From IMG/VR virus record IMGVR_UViG_3300050343_000171: a stretch of 64,000 nucleotides of DNA; one strand, given 5' to 3'. The translations under genes were made by a program, and so were the position numbers. Below the pieces are notes generated by a model, which worked only from the letters and a program-made list of their open reading frames with translations, was not told the origin of the DNA and searched no databases. This DNA is from an uncultured virus (IMG/VR IMGVR_UViG_3300050343_000171). Its lineage: Duplodnaviria > Heunggongvirae > Uroviricota > Caudoviricetes > Crassvirales. Shown piece by piece: positions 1-12,524 of the stretch; the stretch's first letter is position 1, and each line of letters opens with the position of its first letter.

Positions 1-3000
1 AAGATTGGCTAATAAAATGATAGAAGAAGGGGTTGTTGGTAGTATTCAAGATTTAGTTAATCATGAAATGACTCACTACGTTAGAAGTGTTACTAATAAA
101 AAATTTCCTAATTCTCAACCTAGAATTGTAGGTGATGTTATGAACAGACTACCTAAAATGAGTCCTGAAAGTATTGAAGCAGCTGGACTTCCTAAAGGAG
201 GCTTAAGAAGGTTTAGAGTAATAATGGAAAAAGCGTATGAAAAAGATGGTGTTGCTATGTCTGAAAATATGTCAAAAGAAGAGCAGTTAGCTTATGTAGT
301 TCAAATATTTTCTAGACCAGAGTTATATTATACAGCTGAAGCCCCTAATTTTATTACTGAAGTAATAAAAGATATTAAAACAAACTTTGATCTTGTAGGT
401 TATAAAGGTAATCCTCCCACAAAAGCTTCGGAAATACAAAGTTATTTCTTTGAAGCATTAAGGGAAATGAAAACTGGTAAAGCTCAGAAATTTGTTGACA
501 TGTTAGCGCCAGAGATGAATGCTTTTAAAGACAGAAACATACAGTTTGTAGAAAGAGGTAATGGAACTATAGGTATTGTAGTAGATGAAAAAACTACACA
601 AAGAGATTCTAAATTAATTGAAGCTGAAGAAACTGCGGTTAAAAAAGAAAGCTACACTGTAACTAACGAACTGTTTAAAGATAGAAAAGGTTGGAATGAC
701 GGTAAACCTACAAAAGAATTTTTAAAGACTTTAGAAAACGAAAAAGATAAAGCTTTAATATTAAAAGCTGCACAACCTGTTTTTGCGGCTTCAATGAAAA
801 GATTGTATACAAGAACTTTAGAGGGTAATCGTGAGGGTGTAACTTATGAGCAGTTTAAGAAAGATCTTGAACAAGAGTATTATCAAAGATTTTTAGACTA
901 TGATGTTTCAAAAGTTGGGGAAAAAAATTTGCCAATAGCCGAACAAACAAGTAATTTATATAACTTAAGAATAAACAAACTGGGTACTGAGCAGTTTAAG
1001 CAAACCAGCTTCACATCAAGTATTGACAACTTAACAATTTCAGAAGAAAGACAGGTTCAACAAGGTTATAGTGAAACTTTTAAAACTAGTAGTTTTGAAA
1101 ACTTAGATTTAAGTCCTGGTTCAGCTGGAAGATCTGGAATTGCTAAAACTAATAAAAAAATAAATGTATTAGACGGTCCACCCACCATTCGTTTAAAAGA
1201 TAATAAAGGCGATTATTTACCTAAATATAAAGACGTAATAAATAAAGGTAAATTAGATTTTGCAGGAGTTGTTTTAAATCCTGATTTTAAAGGCACATTT
1301 AAAAATGTAAACGATTTAGCAAGAAAACAAGGTTTTAGCGGAGAGCTTTTAAGTGAAATGATTGGTATACCTGCTAATAAAATAAGAAACTCTAAAGATA
1401 ATTTTGATAAAAAAGATCAAAGAAAAGCTTTAGCTTTTTTAGCAAATCCTGCAAACTTAAAATGGAGTTTAAAAATTATTCAAGAAGCTAACACGCCTAT
1501 TGAAACGGTTTTATTAATGGGTCCAAAAGGTAATCCGGTTATTGATAAGATTGCAAGTAAAGAAGCTGGAAAAACAGTTTTTAAAACAAAACTTATTGGT
1601 GGAATGCCTACGGGTATGTTTAATAATGTTAGAAACTTATTATACGAATCAACTGGAAAAGTAATTAATGGAAATCCTCAATATAGATTAAAAAGAAATA
1701 TTGAATTAAAAGATATATACAATGCTATAGGTATTAGCGATGGTAAAAGAAGTAATCAATTAGGGCCAAGAAGTACAAAAGAACAAGCTGCTGTTGCTCA
1801 AACCATGAAAGGAATAATTGATTTAATAAATAAATCTTTAAATATAAAGCAAGCTCAAGATGTAGGCAGAAAAATGGGTCTTGATTTACAGGTCATAGAA
1901 AATATGGGTAAAGGTAAATCTAGGTTTGTTGATTCTAAAAATATATTTGAGGGTGTAGAAACAGAATTAAAAGAAAAAGTAAAAACTGGTGGTTTTTCAA
2001 TAAACGATATGGTAACTATTATAAACAATAGTGAAGCTACTGCAGAAGTAAAATCTTACATGATTAAGCTTGTTCCTGAAAGTTTTATGAAACTTGCTGA
2101 AAAAAAGGCCGCTGATAAATTGTTTGCTGAAACAGAAGTTTTAATATTAGAAAATTCTGATTTTACTAAAGAAGAGTTTGAAGTAATGCAAAAGGAGGCT
2201 GCAAAAAGCACTGCTAACATAGCAAGAAGTTTAGGATTAAATCCAGAAAATGTATCTTATAGCGAATTAAACAAAAGCCCTAGAAAACAAAAACTTTTTC
2301 AAAATTATATGAAAAAAGTTTTAAAAAACATGGGTAAACTTGAAGGTTTAGACAAAACTCAAGTTAACGCCATTATAAAAACTTTAGGTATTGGAAGCAA
2401 AAGTAACATGAGGCTTGAAACAGTTAATGGTAAATTAAAATTTGTAAATTTTAAAAAAGGATCAGAAAAAGAAGGTGGAGGAAATGAAGTTTTTATTGAT
2501 AATTATACAGGAAAAGGATCGTTTAAATCAGGAAGAAAATTAACTGAAAAAGAAATTACAGAAAGAGAAGCTTTTTTTATACCTGCTTGGGGTCTTTTTA
2601 AACAAAAAATTACTGATAAACAAATTGAATTAAAGAAAAAATACGGAGACAACACATTAAAAAGAGCTGAAGAATTAAACACTTATGCTTATGGATTGTT
2701 AACTAAAAGTGGATTTAAAAAAGGAACTGATGGTAAATTTATACTTAAAAATGGAGAAAAGGTTCCTTTTACATATGCTGAAACCGCTGCTGCAAATCAA
2801 GCTGTAGCAAAAGATTTTATAATGAGTATGTATGATGTTTACGCTGAGGCTAAACCTGGTAAAGAAAAAACAATGGCAAAAGAAATGATGTTATTAAGCT
2901 TTAGTCAACAAACAAATATAGCTACAGGTTTAATAAAGTCTTTGTATAAAGTAGAAAGCATAGCTGTTGAAGGTAGTAAACAAATTGAATATACTGATAA

Positions 3001-5520
3001 AAAAGGAAATTTAAGAAAAACACCAGCAAATCATATTGAACACGCTTTACAGTTGCTTAATTTTACAGATTTTATGTTTCAACCTGCTGGTTTTAAATCT
3101 AAAGCAGATTTTGAGAAAAAATTAGATTATTTCATGAAAAATGTAGCTAAACAACATGTTGATACCTAAAGAGTTATCTAATTTTAATGACAGTGGAGAT
3201 ATGGGTGGAACTACAAGTTTTAGCCCCATTATTGGAGAAAAAGCAACAGCTGGAACTAATTTTACTTCAAATGTTTTTTTCTACATTATCACAAATGAAA
3301 AATCAAGTTATGTTAACAGAGCCTGGTATGACAAACATTACTATGGCAGAACAAATAGCTAGCACTATACCTGCAAAGCAAAAAGCTACAGTTTTAACAG
3401 AATTACAAACTTTAATGAAGCGTGATCCAAATTTAGTTACATCAGAAACTATACTTTTTGAAAACTCATTAAAAAAAGAAACTATAAAAGAAAAAATAAA
3501 AGTAGATGATAATAATTTTGAATTAATAAAGCTTGCTGACGAAGGAACAGGTGTTGCTAAAGGTGAAAATTTACCTTACAATACTTCAACCGCAGAGGTT
3601 TTAAATAGATTAGGTATTAAAGATATTGAAATATCACAAAATATTAAAAAATCTTTTGATTCAAAGACTTAAGCTCAGAGTTAAACGCTATTATTAGAGA
3701 TGGATCTTCAGAAATAAGAAATTATTCAGCGGCTCAAGCAAAGCTTTTAGGTGAAAAAGTAAGAGATGATATATGGATTCCATCATCTGCAGAAGATTTT
3801 AAAGGATTAATATATAGAACTTTATCAAAAGGTAAATTAGGTGAACAACAATTTGCTTGGTATAAAGAAAATTTAATAGATCCTTTAAATAAAGCAGAAA
3901 ATCTTGCTAGTATAGACACTAGAAACGTCGAAATGTCTTGGTTAGGATTAAAAAAACAATTAAAAAATGTTCCTAAACGGTTAAGAAAAAATAGTGATGT
4001 AAAAGGTTTTACTAACGAAAATGCTATTAGAATTTATAACTGGGCAAGGCAAGGTATGGAAGTACCTGGATTAAGCAAACAAAATTTAAAAGATGTTATA
4101 AACTATGTTGATGCAAATCCTGAGTTTGTAGCTTTTTCTGACAAATTAATAGAAATGACAAAAGGTGATGGTTATCCTCCACCTACTGAAATGTGGCTAA
4201 CAGGTACTATGGGTACTGATTTAAGAAGTGGATTAGGAACTGTTAAAAGAGCTAAATATTTAGAAGCAACAGGATTTACAAACAACATTAATCAAATATA
4301 TTCTAAACAAAATTTAAATAATTTAGAAGCAAAATATGGAACTAAATATAGAGTTGCATTAGAAAATATGATAACTAGAATTAAATCAGGTAGAAACAGA
4401 AAGCCATCTAAAAACGAATGGGGAAAACAGGATGGCTGATTGGTTAAATGGAGCCAATGCTGTAACCATGTCTTTAAACGTAAAATCTGGTGTAATGCAG
4501 TTAACTTCTTCTATAAATTATCTTAATGCCTCTGATAACAACCCGATAGCTGCAGGTATGGTTATAGGAAATCTTCCTGTATATTCTGCGGCTGTTAGAA
4601 GAATATGGAATAGTGATTATCTTCAAGATAGAATGGGAGGAGACAAAATAGATGTTAGCCAGAATGAAGTTGCTGAAGCAGCACAATCTAACGGTATTAA
4701 AGGTTTAACCAATTTAATTCTTCAAAAAGGATATATAGTTACTAGAGCTGCAGATGCCGCGGCAATAGCTTCAGGTGGTGCTACATTTTTAGTTAATCGA
4801 ACTAGAACATATAAAAAACAAGGTATGTCTGAAAAAGAAGCAGGAGATAAAGCTTTTGAAGATTTTAGATTAATATCTGAACAAACCCAACAATCAGCGG
4901 GCAACATCTATGCTTAGTTCTGAGCAAGCTAGTATTTCAGGAAGAGCAATATTAGCATTTAACAACACTCCTGCACAATACACTAGAATAACTAAAAGAG
5001 CCGTTGAAGATTTGATGGCGGGTAGAGGTAATAAAGGAGAAAACATAAGAAAAATAATATACTACAGTGTAGCTCAAAACTTATTGTTTAATGGAATGTC
5101 TAATGCTATGTTTGGTGATATATGGGAAACTGATGAGCAAGCGGCTAATCCTAATGTTCAAAAACGCAAACAAGATAGAAATATTAGAACTGTTACGGAA
5201 TGCTAGACACTATGTTAAGAGGATCTGGTATTAAAGGCGCTGCTGTTTCTACTTTAAAAAATATGCTTATTAAAGTTTATAATGAAAACAAAAAATCTAG
5301 ACCAGAATATGCTAATGTAGCTTTAGAAGCTTTAGACTTTGTACCTAGTTTAGATACTAAAATTAGAAAACTAAGAGCAGCAGGTAACGCAATATCTTGG
5401 AACTATAAAGACATTAAAAAGTTAGGATTAATGGACAGTAAAAACCCAGCATATTTAGCTAGTTCTAATGTAATTTCAGCAGCAACTAATTTTCCTGCAG
5501 GAATTAAAAAAAGCATCTAA
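1..5520 (+). CDS. Giant phage protein, probably virion/ejection-type; 5'-truncated and split by indels into ORFs 5-3169, 3187-3672, 3933-4439, 4432-4917, 4910-5206 and 5200-5520
   Basis: Abutting or overlapping same-strand ORFs with uniform K/E-rich composition. Position follows the structural/ejection module seen at the window end if the genome is circularly permuted. Function is inferred from context only. Confidence 0.55.
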
Positions 5521-5584
5521 AATGCATAAAGCACAAGCTATGAAAATAGATCGTATATTAAAGTCTTTAAATAAAAAATAAATT

Positions 5585-5884
5585 ATGAGTAACGAAGTGG
5601 GTGTAGACATAGACGGTGATGGAAAGCCAGATTTAAGTTTAGATTTAAAAACTATTATACTAATAGTAGGTGGTTTAATATCTATAACAATGACTTATAC
5701 TACTTTGACTGAGCAAATTCAGTTAAACAAACAAGGTATTGAAGAGGCTAAAAAACTACCGCCTCAACAGTCGCATGAAGTTATAGATCAAAAGCTTTTA
5801 TATCTTGAAGAAATGATGGATAAGCTTGCTGAAGATCATGATAAACGTTTAGATAAACTAGAAGATAAAATTTACAGAAGATAA
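5585..5884 (+). CDS. Small single-TM coiled-coil protein
   Basis: Hydrophobic segment IILIVGGLISITMTY followed by a charged coiled-coil; paralogous to the next ORF. Confidence 0.6.
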   Translation: MSNEVGVDIDGDGKPDLSLDLKTIILIVGGLISITMTYTTLTEQIQLNKQGIEEAKKLPPQQSHEVIDQKLLYLEEMMDKLAEDHDKRLDKLEDKIYRR

Positions 5885-5887
5885 AAC

Positions 5888-6184
5888 ATGGCAACAAAAA
5901 TTGGAGAAGACACTCAAGTACAACTAGACCTTAAAACAATTGGAATGATTGTTGGAGGAGTAATAGCTTTGGCAAGTATGTGGTTTACTTTGCAAAGTGA
6001 TATACAGGAGCTTAAAAATAAAGCAAATCCTGAGGAGTTTGTAAAACAAATGGAGTTTCAACTTAAAGATGAGTTGATACGTTCTACAATTTTACAAATA
6101 GAAAAATCTACTGAAGGTTTAAAAGAAGATATTTTAGATAATAAAGAATCAATAGAAAAAATAGAAGATAAAATATACCAATGA
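5888..6184 (+). CDS. Small single-TM coiled-coil protein, paralog of the preceding gene
   Basis: Shares LDLKTI..IVGG.I and ..K.EDKIY with the preceding ORF. Confidence 0.6.
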   Translation: MATKIGEDTQVQLDLKTIGMIVGGVIALASMWFTLQSDIQELKNKANPEEFVKQMEFQLKDELIRSTILQIEKSTEGLKEDILDNKESIEKIEDKIYQ

Positions 6185-6504
6185 AAAATTTAATTACAAT
6201 TATATTTATGTTGTTCACTTTTTTAGTAACAGCACAGGATTATACTTTAATGCATATAAATGCACAGTGGAATCAAAGAAATAATTTTGATTTAAGAGGT
6301 ATTAAAGAGGCAAAAATACAATATGCACTATTAGAAGATCAATCACCTTCTTTAAGAGCGCAAATAAAATCTGTGCCAATAATTATATTACTTGATAAAG
6401 ATGGTAAACCAAGAGGTCGATGGAATGCAAATTTAAGTTTTAAAATAACGGCTTCAAAAGAAGAAATTCAAAATAGAATATATTTTTTACTATCTCAAAA
6501 ATAA
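6181..6504 (+). CDS. Secreted thioredoxin-fold-like protein lacking CXXC
   Basis: N-terminal signal peptide, 'INAQWN' at the position of FxAxWC, and IKSVPIIILLDKDG resembling the thioredoxin cis-Pro region. Confidence 0.45.
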   Translation: MKNLITIIFMLFTFLVTAQDYTLMHINAQWNQRNNFDLRGIKEAKIQYALLEDQSPSLRAQIKSVPIIILLDKDGKPRGRWNANLSFKITASKEEIQNRIYFLLSQK

Positions 6505-6543
6505 AAAAAAATGGGCACCATACCCAAAAATTCCTGTAACAAG

Positions 6544-6575
6544 AAAGGGAGCTATGAAAATAGCCCCCTTTTTTT
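6544..6575. terminator. Intrinsic terminator between convergent gene blocks
   Basis: AAAGGGAGCTA-TGAAAA-TAGCCCCC followed by a T run, located between the + and - strand blocks. Confidence 0.75.
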
Positions 6576-6631
6576 ATATAATCAACTCCCACCAACCACT
6601 CATTTCCTTTGATCAACCCAACGAACGTTGA

Positions 6632-8366
6632 TTATCCATCACAACTAAGACAGCCGTCATCCATTGCTTGTTCAGCAATATCTCCACGTAACACTGACTC
6701 AGTACGAGTATAGTATAAAGTTTTAATACCTTTTTTCCAAGCTTCAAAATGTACTTTATTTATCCACTTAGGTGTAGCAACACTAGGAAAAGCTAAGTTT
6801 AAACTTACACTTTGATCTATATACTGCTGTCTGATACCAGCTTGATTAATTAACTCTAACTGATTAATCTCTTTAAATGTTTTAAATACATCTTTAGCTG
6901 GTATATCATTATAAGGACCAACCATAACTTTATTAAGTTCTTTTAACCCTTGTACTGATCCTCCGTCTTTTAAGATTTTAGACCAAGTAGTTTCATTATT
7001 GATTTTAAGTTTTCGAAAGAGCTTTAACCAATGTGGGATTTTTACGGATGAAAGTACCTTTAGCACTTTGCTCAGTAAATACATTAGCAGCCCAAGGCTC
7101 AATACCTGGAGATACATTACCGCTAAGCTTACTGTTACTAACAGTAGGAGCAATAGCCCTAAGATGAGTGTTGCGCAAACCAGTGCCGACACACCAAAGA
7201 GGTTCTCCAAACTCTTCAGCAAGAGCCATAGAGCTCTTTCAGATTCGATTTTAATTTGTGAAAATATTTTTCTTGTTTCATATTGTGATAATAACCTTCA
7301 AATGGTAAACCCTTTTCTTGTAGATACGTGTGCCAACCTAAAACGCCTAATCCTAAAGCTCTACCTTTTTCAGCAGATCTTACAGAATTATGAAATCCAA
7401 CTTTACCTTTGGATCTTTGTATAAACTCTTCTAATACACCATCTAAAAACCATATAGCTATCATGTATTAATATTTGTATTTTCCATTCATCATACTTAG
7501 CTAGATTTAAACTAGATAAACAACATATAAAGCTATGTTTTCATCTGTATGTAATGTTATCTCACTACATATGTTTGTCATATGTACTTTTAAACCGTTT
7601 TTTTGTAAGCTGTTGGGTTATTCTTGTTTGTATTTCCCTTAAATAAGCATATAAGGTTCTCCAGTAGCTTTACGCTTTTGAAGTAAGTTTTCCCCAACGT
7701 TTTCTAGCTTCTAACATCTCCTGTTTCAACTCTTCGCATGAACTTATCGCCGACCACAGCGCACTGGTGCAGGTTGAGCGATTGACGATTAACGTCTCCT
7801 TTAGGTTCACGTATTTCGAGCCACTCTTCAAAATCGGGGTGTTCAATGTTAATATTAACTGATGCAGCTCCTCGTCGGACAGATCCTTGATTAGTGGCAA
7901 GTATTGTTGAATCGTATATCTTACAAAAAGGCACAACGCCGTCACTTGTTCCATTTCCTTTTATTTTTGCACCAGCGGGTCTGATTTGATTTATACCGAT
8001 ACCAACTCCACCGCCGTGCTTTGCGAGTAGCATCATCTCTAGGTTTTTACTGTCCTATATCGTATATACTGTCAGCAACATCTATACCAAAACAACTGAT
8101 CGGTAAACCTCTGTCTGTCCCAGTATTAGACAACACAGGAGACGCAAGACATAACCAACCTGACCAAATGTATTCAAAAATTTTTCAGCCATATCAGGAC
8201 GTTCTAAACGTCTTGCTACAGTGTTACAAACTCTATCATAAGCATCTTTAGGTGTTTCATCTTTTAAAAGATAACCACCACCTATAGTTTTTTTATACAC
8301 ATCAGTGTCACCCCAACTAGGGTAATCAACTCCTTTTTTCCATTCATTATTCCACATCTGTTTCAA
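6632..8366 (-). CDS. nrdA: Ribonucleotide reductase class Ia large subunit (frameshifted in this sequence)
   Basis: Fragments contain KHGGGVGI, QGSVRRGAA, GRALGLGVLG, AIAPTVSNS, IDQSVSLN, KTLYY and C-terminal CLSCDG. Confidence 0.92.
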
Positions 8367-8737
8367 ACTTTTTTTGGTTGGCTCTTTTTTCTAATCTTGT
8401 AATTCTTCAACTAGCTTTTTCCAGGTATCTTCACCTATATGTAATTGAAAAGCTGTTAAAGTTGAGTTATAGCATCTTCATAACCTGGCAAATTAAATTT
8501 TATTGTATTAAAAACACTTTTTGTTTTAATTATATCTTTGACATTTGTTTTATAAATGATTAACTTGTTAATACCATTTAGGTTTTACTAAATTCCATTG
8601 TTTTCTTGACGCTGTCTGTATCATTACACAAATAAAACCTATTATAAATTTAGTTCTAACGTCCATTGCCCTGCTATTCTGCACCAAAATTTTGCATTCT
8701 ATTATTTTATTTTCTTTCATATTATTTAATTTTATTT

Positions 8738-9718
8738 TTACCAAACATCTTCAAAGTCTTCGCCTTCATTTGCTTTACTATAGTCAGTCGGCCTAATAGC
8801 GAAAAAATCAGTGTGAGTGTGACCCCCAGTAAGATGGTCGAACCAAGCCATTTTATCAATTGACTTTTGGTCATATTCAAATTTAAATTTTCCTTCTGCT
8901 TTGTAGCCCAGTTCTTTAAGTTTATCACCTGTACGTTTTTTAATAAAATGTTTTAGGTCATATTCTGTTATTCCTTCAATATCACCCATTTCAAACAACT
9001 TAGATATATAAGTCATTTCAGCATTATGCATAGTTAAAGCTGCATCATATATATGCTCTTTGCATTCTTCTTTTAATCCTGGTATTTTCGAACACATATG
9101 TCTAAATAATTGACAACCCATTTTACTATGTAATGATTCATCTCTTACAGACCATTTCATTTGTTGGCCAATACCTTTTAATAAGTTTCTCATTTGAAAA
9201 CTATAAAGTACAGCAAAAGCAGAATATAAACTAACGCCTTCTGCAAACGCAGAAAATGTAGCTAATGATTTACCTATACCTACAGGATCATTACCTTCAT
9301 AAGCTACAAGATTATCAAATCTAGCAGCTGTAGCTGGTTCATGTAAAAAAGCTTCATAAGTCTTCAAGACCTAAGGTTTCATTTAAATAACTATATGCTA
9401 CTGCGTGAATCGTTTCTTGCGATCCAAACATCATAGCCATTTGTTGTATCTCGTGTTTAGGAAACCAAGATACAACTTTTTGCGTCCAGTAATCGGAGAC
9501 AGCGCATTCGGTTTGTGCAAAGCCTAAGTAGTATGTTACCTACTAAGGTTTTTTTCTTTATCAGTTAATTTTTCGTTCCAGTCTTTAACATCACCTGACA
9601 TAGGTATTTCAGTATGTAACCAAAATGCTTGAGCTTGTTTTAACCAACCTTCAGTGTAATACTCAGGGTATTCAAAAGGCTTGTACGGTATTCTTTCTGT
9701 AAATAGTGGTATTCCCAT
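8738..9718 (-). CDS. nrdB: Ribonucleotide reductase small subunit (frameshifted)
   Basis: YKPFEYP..AFWLHTEI..D.KDW, EGVSLYSAF, RDESLH and HTDFFA.RPTDYSK motifs. Confidence 0.92.
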
Positions 9719-9843
9719 TAGCGTCCTTGGCCTCTATATTGTTTTTTATAACCTGTCTGTCCTTTAGAGGCGTTTTTAGAATGAACACCAGGTCGTCTTG
9801 TTTTACTCTTTCTTGTATAATTTGCTAGTACTATTTTTGCCAT
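9718..9843 (-). CDS. Small basic peptide (MAKIVLANYTRKSKTRRPGVHSK...YRGQGR)
   Basis: Translated by hand; 41 aa; the stop codon overlaps the nrdB ATG. Confidence 0.55.
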   Translation of the reverse strand: MAKIVLANYTRKSKTRRPGVHSKNASKGQTGYKKQYRGQGR

Positions 9844-10149
9844 TATTCTTCGTAATAAAAGCTTAAACAAATATCTATAAAACCTAAATAAAGTACGTGA
9901 TCAACTTGATAATCACCATCTTCATAAGATCTTATGCCAAATAATATACCTGGAAAAAATCCTGTAGATAATTCCCATGACGTATTTTTTTTAATCATAA
10001 CATTTAATATTATATTTATTATGGATCTCTAAAAGATCTTTCCATTTTAAATAACCTCTTTTATTTGTAGTCCATTTAATATAAGTATCGATCTTACGTT
10101 CTTTATATTTAGTTCTAGCTATATGTTTAGAGGCCAGTTTGTTTTTTCT

Positions 10150-10611
10150 TTGCATTTGTTCTATGGTTTTTTCTCATCTCTTCAATCTGTCTTATTGTAA
10201 AGTCACACTCAGATTGGTTTTGTGGTTTAAATAAAGCTATAGTGGGTGCATGTGTGACATCCATGATTTAAACATTTTCCAACGTAATGGAAACGATTCA
10301 TTTGGCCTACCTTTACATTCAATTACAAAATCTCTACCTACAAAATCTGGTTTGTATTTTATAGGTAGAATTTTTTTATAACCTCTATCTTTGTATTCAC
10401 CTTTACCGTTAGCTTGTCTTTCAAAACAAACATTTCCAAACTCAAAACCTTCAAGCAACGTATAAGAAGCAGGTTCATATTCAGCAACTATCTTAGCTGC
10501 TTTTAAAGCTTTATACATATAAACTTCTAATCCTGAAGCAAATTTAATACCATCGTATGTTACTTTTTTACTTCTGACTGGACCTTTTTTTTTAGAGTAT
10601 TTCTTCTTCAT
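10150..10611 (-). CDS. PD-(D/E)xK endonuclease, T7 endonuclease I / DUF1064-like; 3' end approximate
   Basis: DGIKFASGLE...YKPDFV...VIECKGR. Confidence 0.7.
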
Positions 10612-10862
10612 AAACGTTAATGTTTTTTAATAAAAGCTCTTCAGACATATCTTGCATTTCTTCTCTTGCTGCTTGTATGTATAGTATTGCATCCATTAAT
10701 TCTTCTTGTACGTCGTTTAAATAACCTGATAAGTCTTTTAAACCTTTAGTACGTTCGTCGTGTAGAGTTGAACCATACTTTTTCTGGCCGACATTAGACT
10801 ACGATTAATAAATTTATCTACAACTCGTTCTACGACTGGATCTCTAAATTCTATATTTTTAT
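10600..10862 (-). CDS. Small helical protein, possible NTP-pyrophosphatase-like fold (frameshifted; boundaries approximate)
   Basis: Hand translation gives VGQKKYGSTLHDER...YLNDVQEELMDAILYIQAA. Confidence 0.45.
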
Positions 10863-11150
10863 TTTTCATCTTTTACAAATGTTCCGTTAATCATTTTACC
10901 TGTTCTTTTACTAATAACTTCATATGCTTCAGCTATACATGTTTCTATATGTACACCTCGTTGATGTGCTAAGTTTGTTAACACTACAACCATATCACCA
11001 ATAGCATCTATAACTTCTGGTTGATCATCTTTTAATAAAGCTTTAGCTAGCTCACCAGCTTCTTCTTGTAGCTTAACATATTGAGTCATAGTATCACCTT
11101 TTTCATATAAAGCCTCTAGTTCTAGCCCAGTCTCTTATTTCTCAAACATA
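10859..11150 (-). CDS. MazG-like nucleotide pyrophosphohydrolase; possibly fused to the upstream ORF
   Basis: RDWARTRGL...KLQEEAGELAKA...DAIGDMVVVL. Confidence 0.8.
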
Positions 11151-11194
11151 ACCTAAACTTTTTTACTACACTGGTATTTAAAGCTTATTAACTT

Positions 11195-11629
11195 TTAAAA
11201 ATACTCTGCAAAAGCTTTATTATATATGTAAGATCTATTATCATTATACATAGAAACTTTAGCGTTATCCATTATCCATTGTATTGTTTGCATATCTATG
11301 TAGAACTTACCGTGAGATGTTTCCCATTTTATATTCATATTATCCATAAGATGTCCTTTTAGTTTGTTTAAAGGAACTGCAAAAGTTGAAGTCTGTTCTG
11401 TTACGTTTATTTTCATTTTCTTAAAAAGGTTTTTATATTTTTTTCTATCTACCTTATAGCCATAAGACTTTTGAAGTTCTATCTCTTTGTCTGATATATA
11501 ATCTATATCATCCGACTGATCAAGAACTTCATATTCACTAGAGCTATAGCCCTGAATTAATGTAACACGAGTATTAAGATCACGTGTAACACCTATCTTT
11601 TTACCTGGTATGTGGTATAAATAATACAT
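11195..11629 (-). CDS. Hypothetical protein with a GIY-YIG-like N-terminus
   Basis: YYLYHIPGKKIGVTRDLNTRV resembles the GIY-YIG Y..(K)IG.T..L..R pattern. Confidence 0.45.
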   Translation of the reverse strand: MYYLYHIPGKKIGVTRDLNTRVTLIQGYSSSEYEVLDQSDDIDYISDKEIELQKSYGYKVDRKKYKNLFKKMKINVTEQTSTFAVPLNKLKGHLMDNMNIKWETSHGKFYIDMQTIQWIMDNAKVSMYNDNRSYIYNKAFAEYF

Positions 11630-12279
11630 ATTTTGTTATTTTATCGTTATACAAATGTAAGTTATGTGCGAAATGGTAATACGTACCGATCTCATATCCT
11701 GTCCTCTCTGAGACTAATTCTTGTAGCTTTGAAAAACAATACTGATCATTACAGAAACCGTACCAGAGATCATTAGAACGCATCACAACTGACATATTTA
11801 GTTTATTGTTTAATACTGTAAACTGAACCGCATAAGTACATGGCGTATCTTTAGCATAGTAATGATGTTCTTTACCATCATATATACTTATTGCCGCGTG
11901 TCTAGTATTAGGATTATCCTTAAGCTTTGCAACTACATAATCTAATTGATAGTTACGTTCCCATTGCCAACCGTAATTAGATCTTACTTCATTATTACCG
12001 TCAACCATTCGTTGCCATATCTCAGGTACTTTACCATATATCTCTCCTAACTTATCTACATTAGGATCACCTGATAAGTACCATTGCCATTCAGCTTCAG
12101 CATATTCTTTATTCCATTTTCTGTTTTTAGCTAGTATATGATTATCCATAGGGTTTTTCAATATAAAAACCTATATTAAATAAAGCTCTAGTATTATCAA
12201 ACTTAACACCATCAAACATTATTTTGGAAAAAAATAATTAAAATGCATCACTTGCTGTTTTAAATTTTGTTTTTATCAT
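11601..12279 (-). CDS. Thymidylate-synthase-fold enzyme, dCMP hydroxymethylase/methylase-like; N-terminus frameshifted
   Basis: YGWQW, DNPNTRHA, catalytic PC, MRSNDLWYGFCND and HNLHLY motifs. Confidence 0.85.
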
Positions 12280-12514
12280 AATAAAATCTATATAATTCGA
12301 ATATTTTTTCGTTTAATTGTTTACCATCGTATTTAAATGGTGATCGTTTTTTAGCTCCATTAACCTCTACATCTATCCACCAGTAATAATTATCATGTTC
12401 ATTACTTGCTGCAAATGGAGATATTTTAACACCATTGTTTATACACCATCTATATGCCTCTGTATCTTCATCAGTCCATTCAGGCCCTAAAATGTTAACC
12501 TTTTTTTTCGCCAA
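12260..12514 (-). CDS. Hypothetical protein
   Basis: 84-aa ORF within the operon. Confidence 0.6.
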   Translation of the reverse strand: MAKKKVNILGPEWTDEDTEAYRWCINNGVKISPFAASNEHDNYYWWIDVEVNGAKKRSPFKYDGKQLNEKIFELYRFYYDKNKI

Positions 12515-12524
12515 GCCGCACTCA

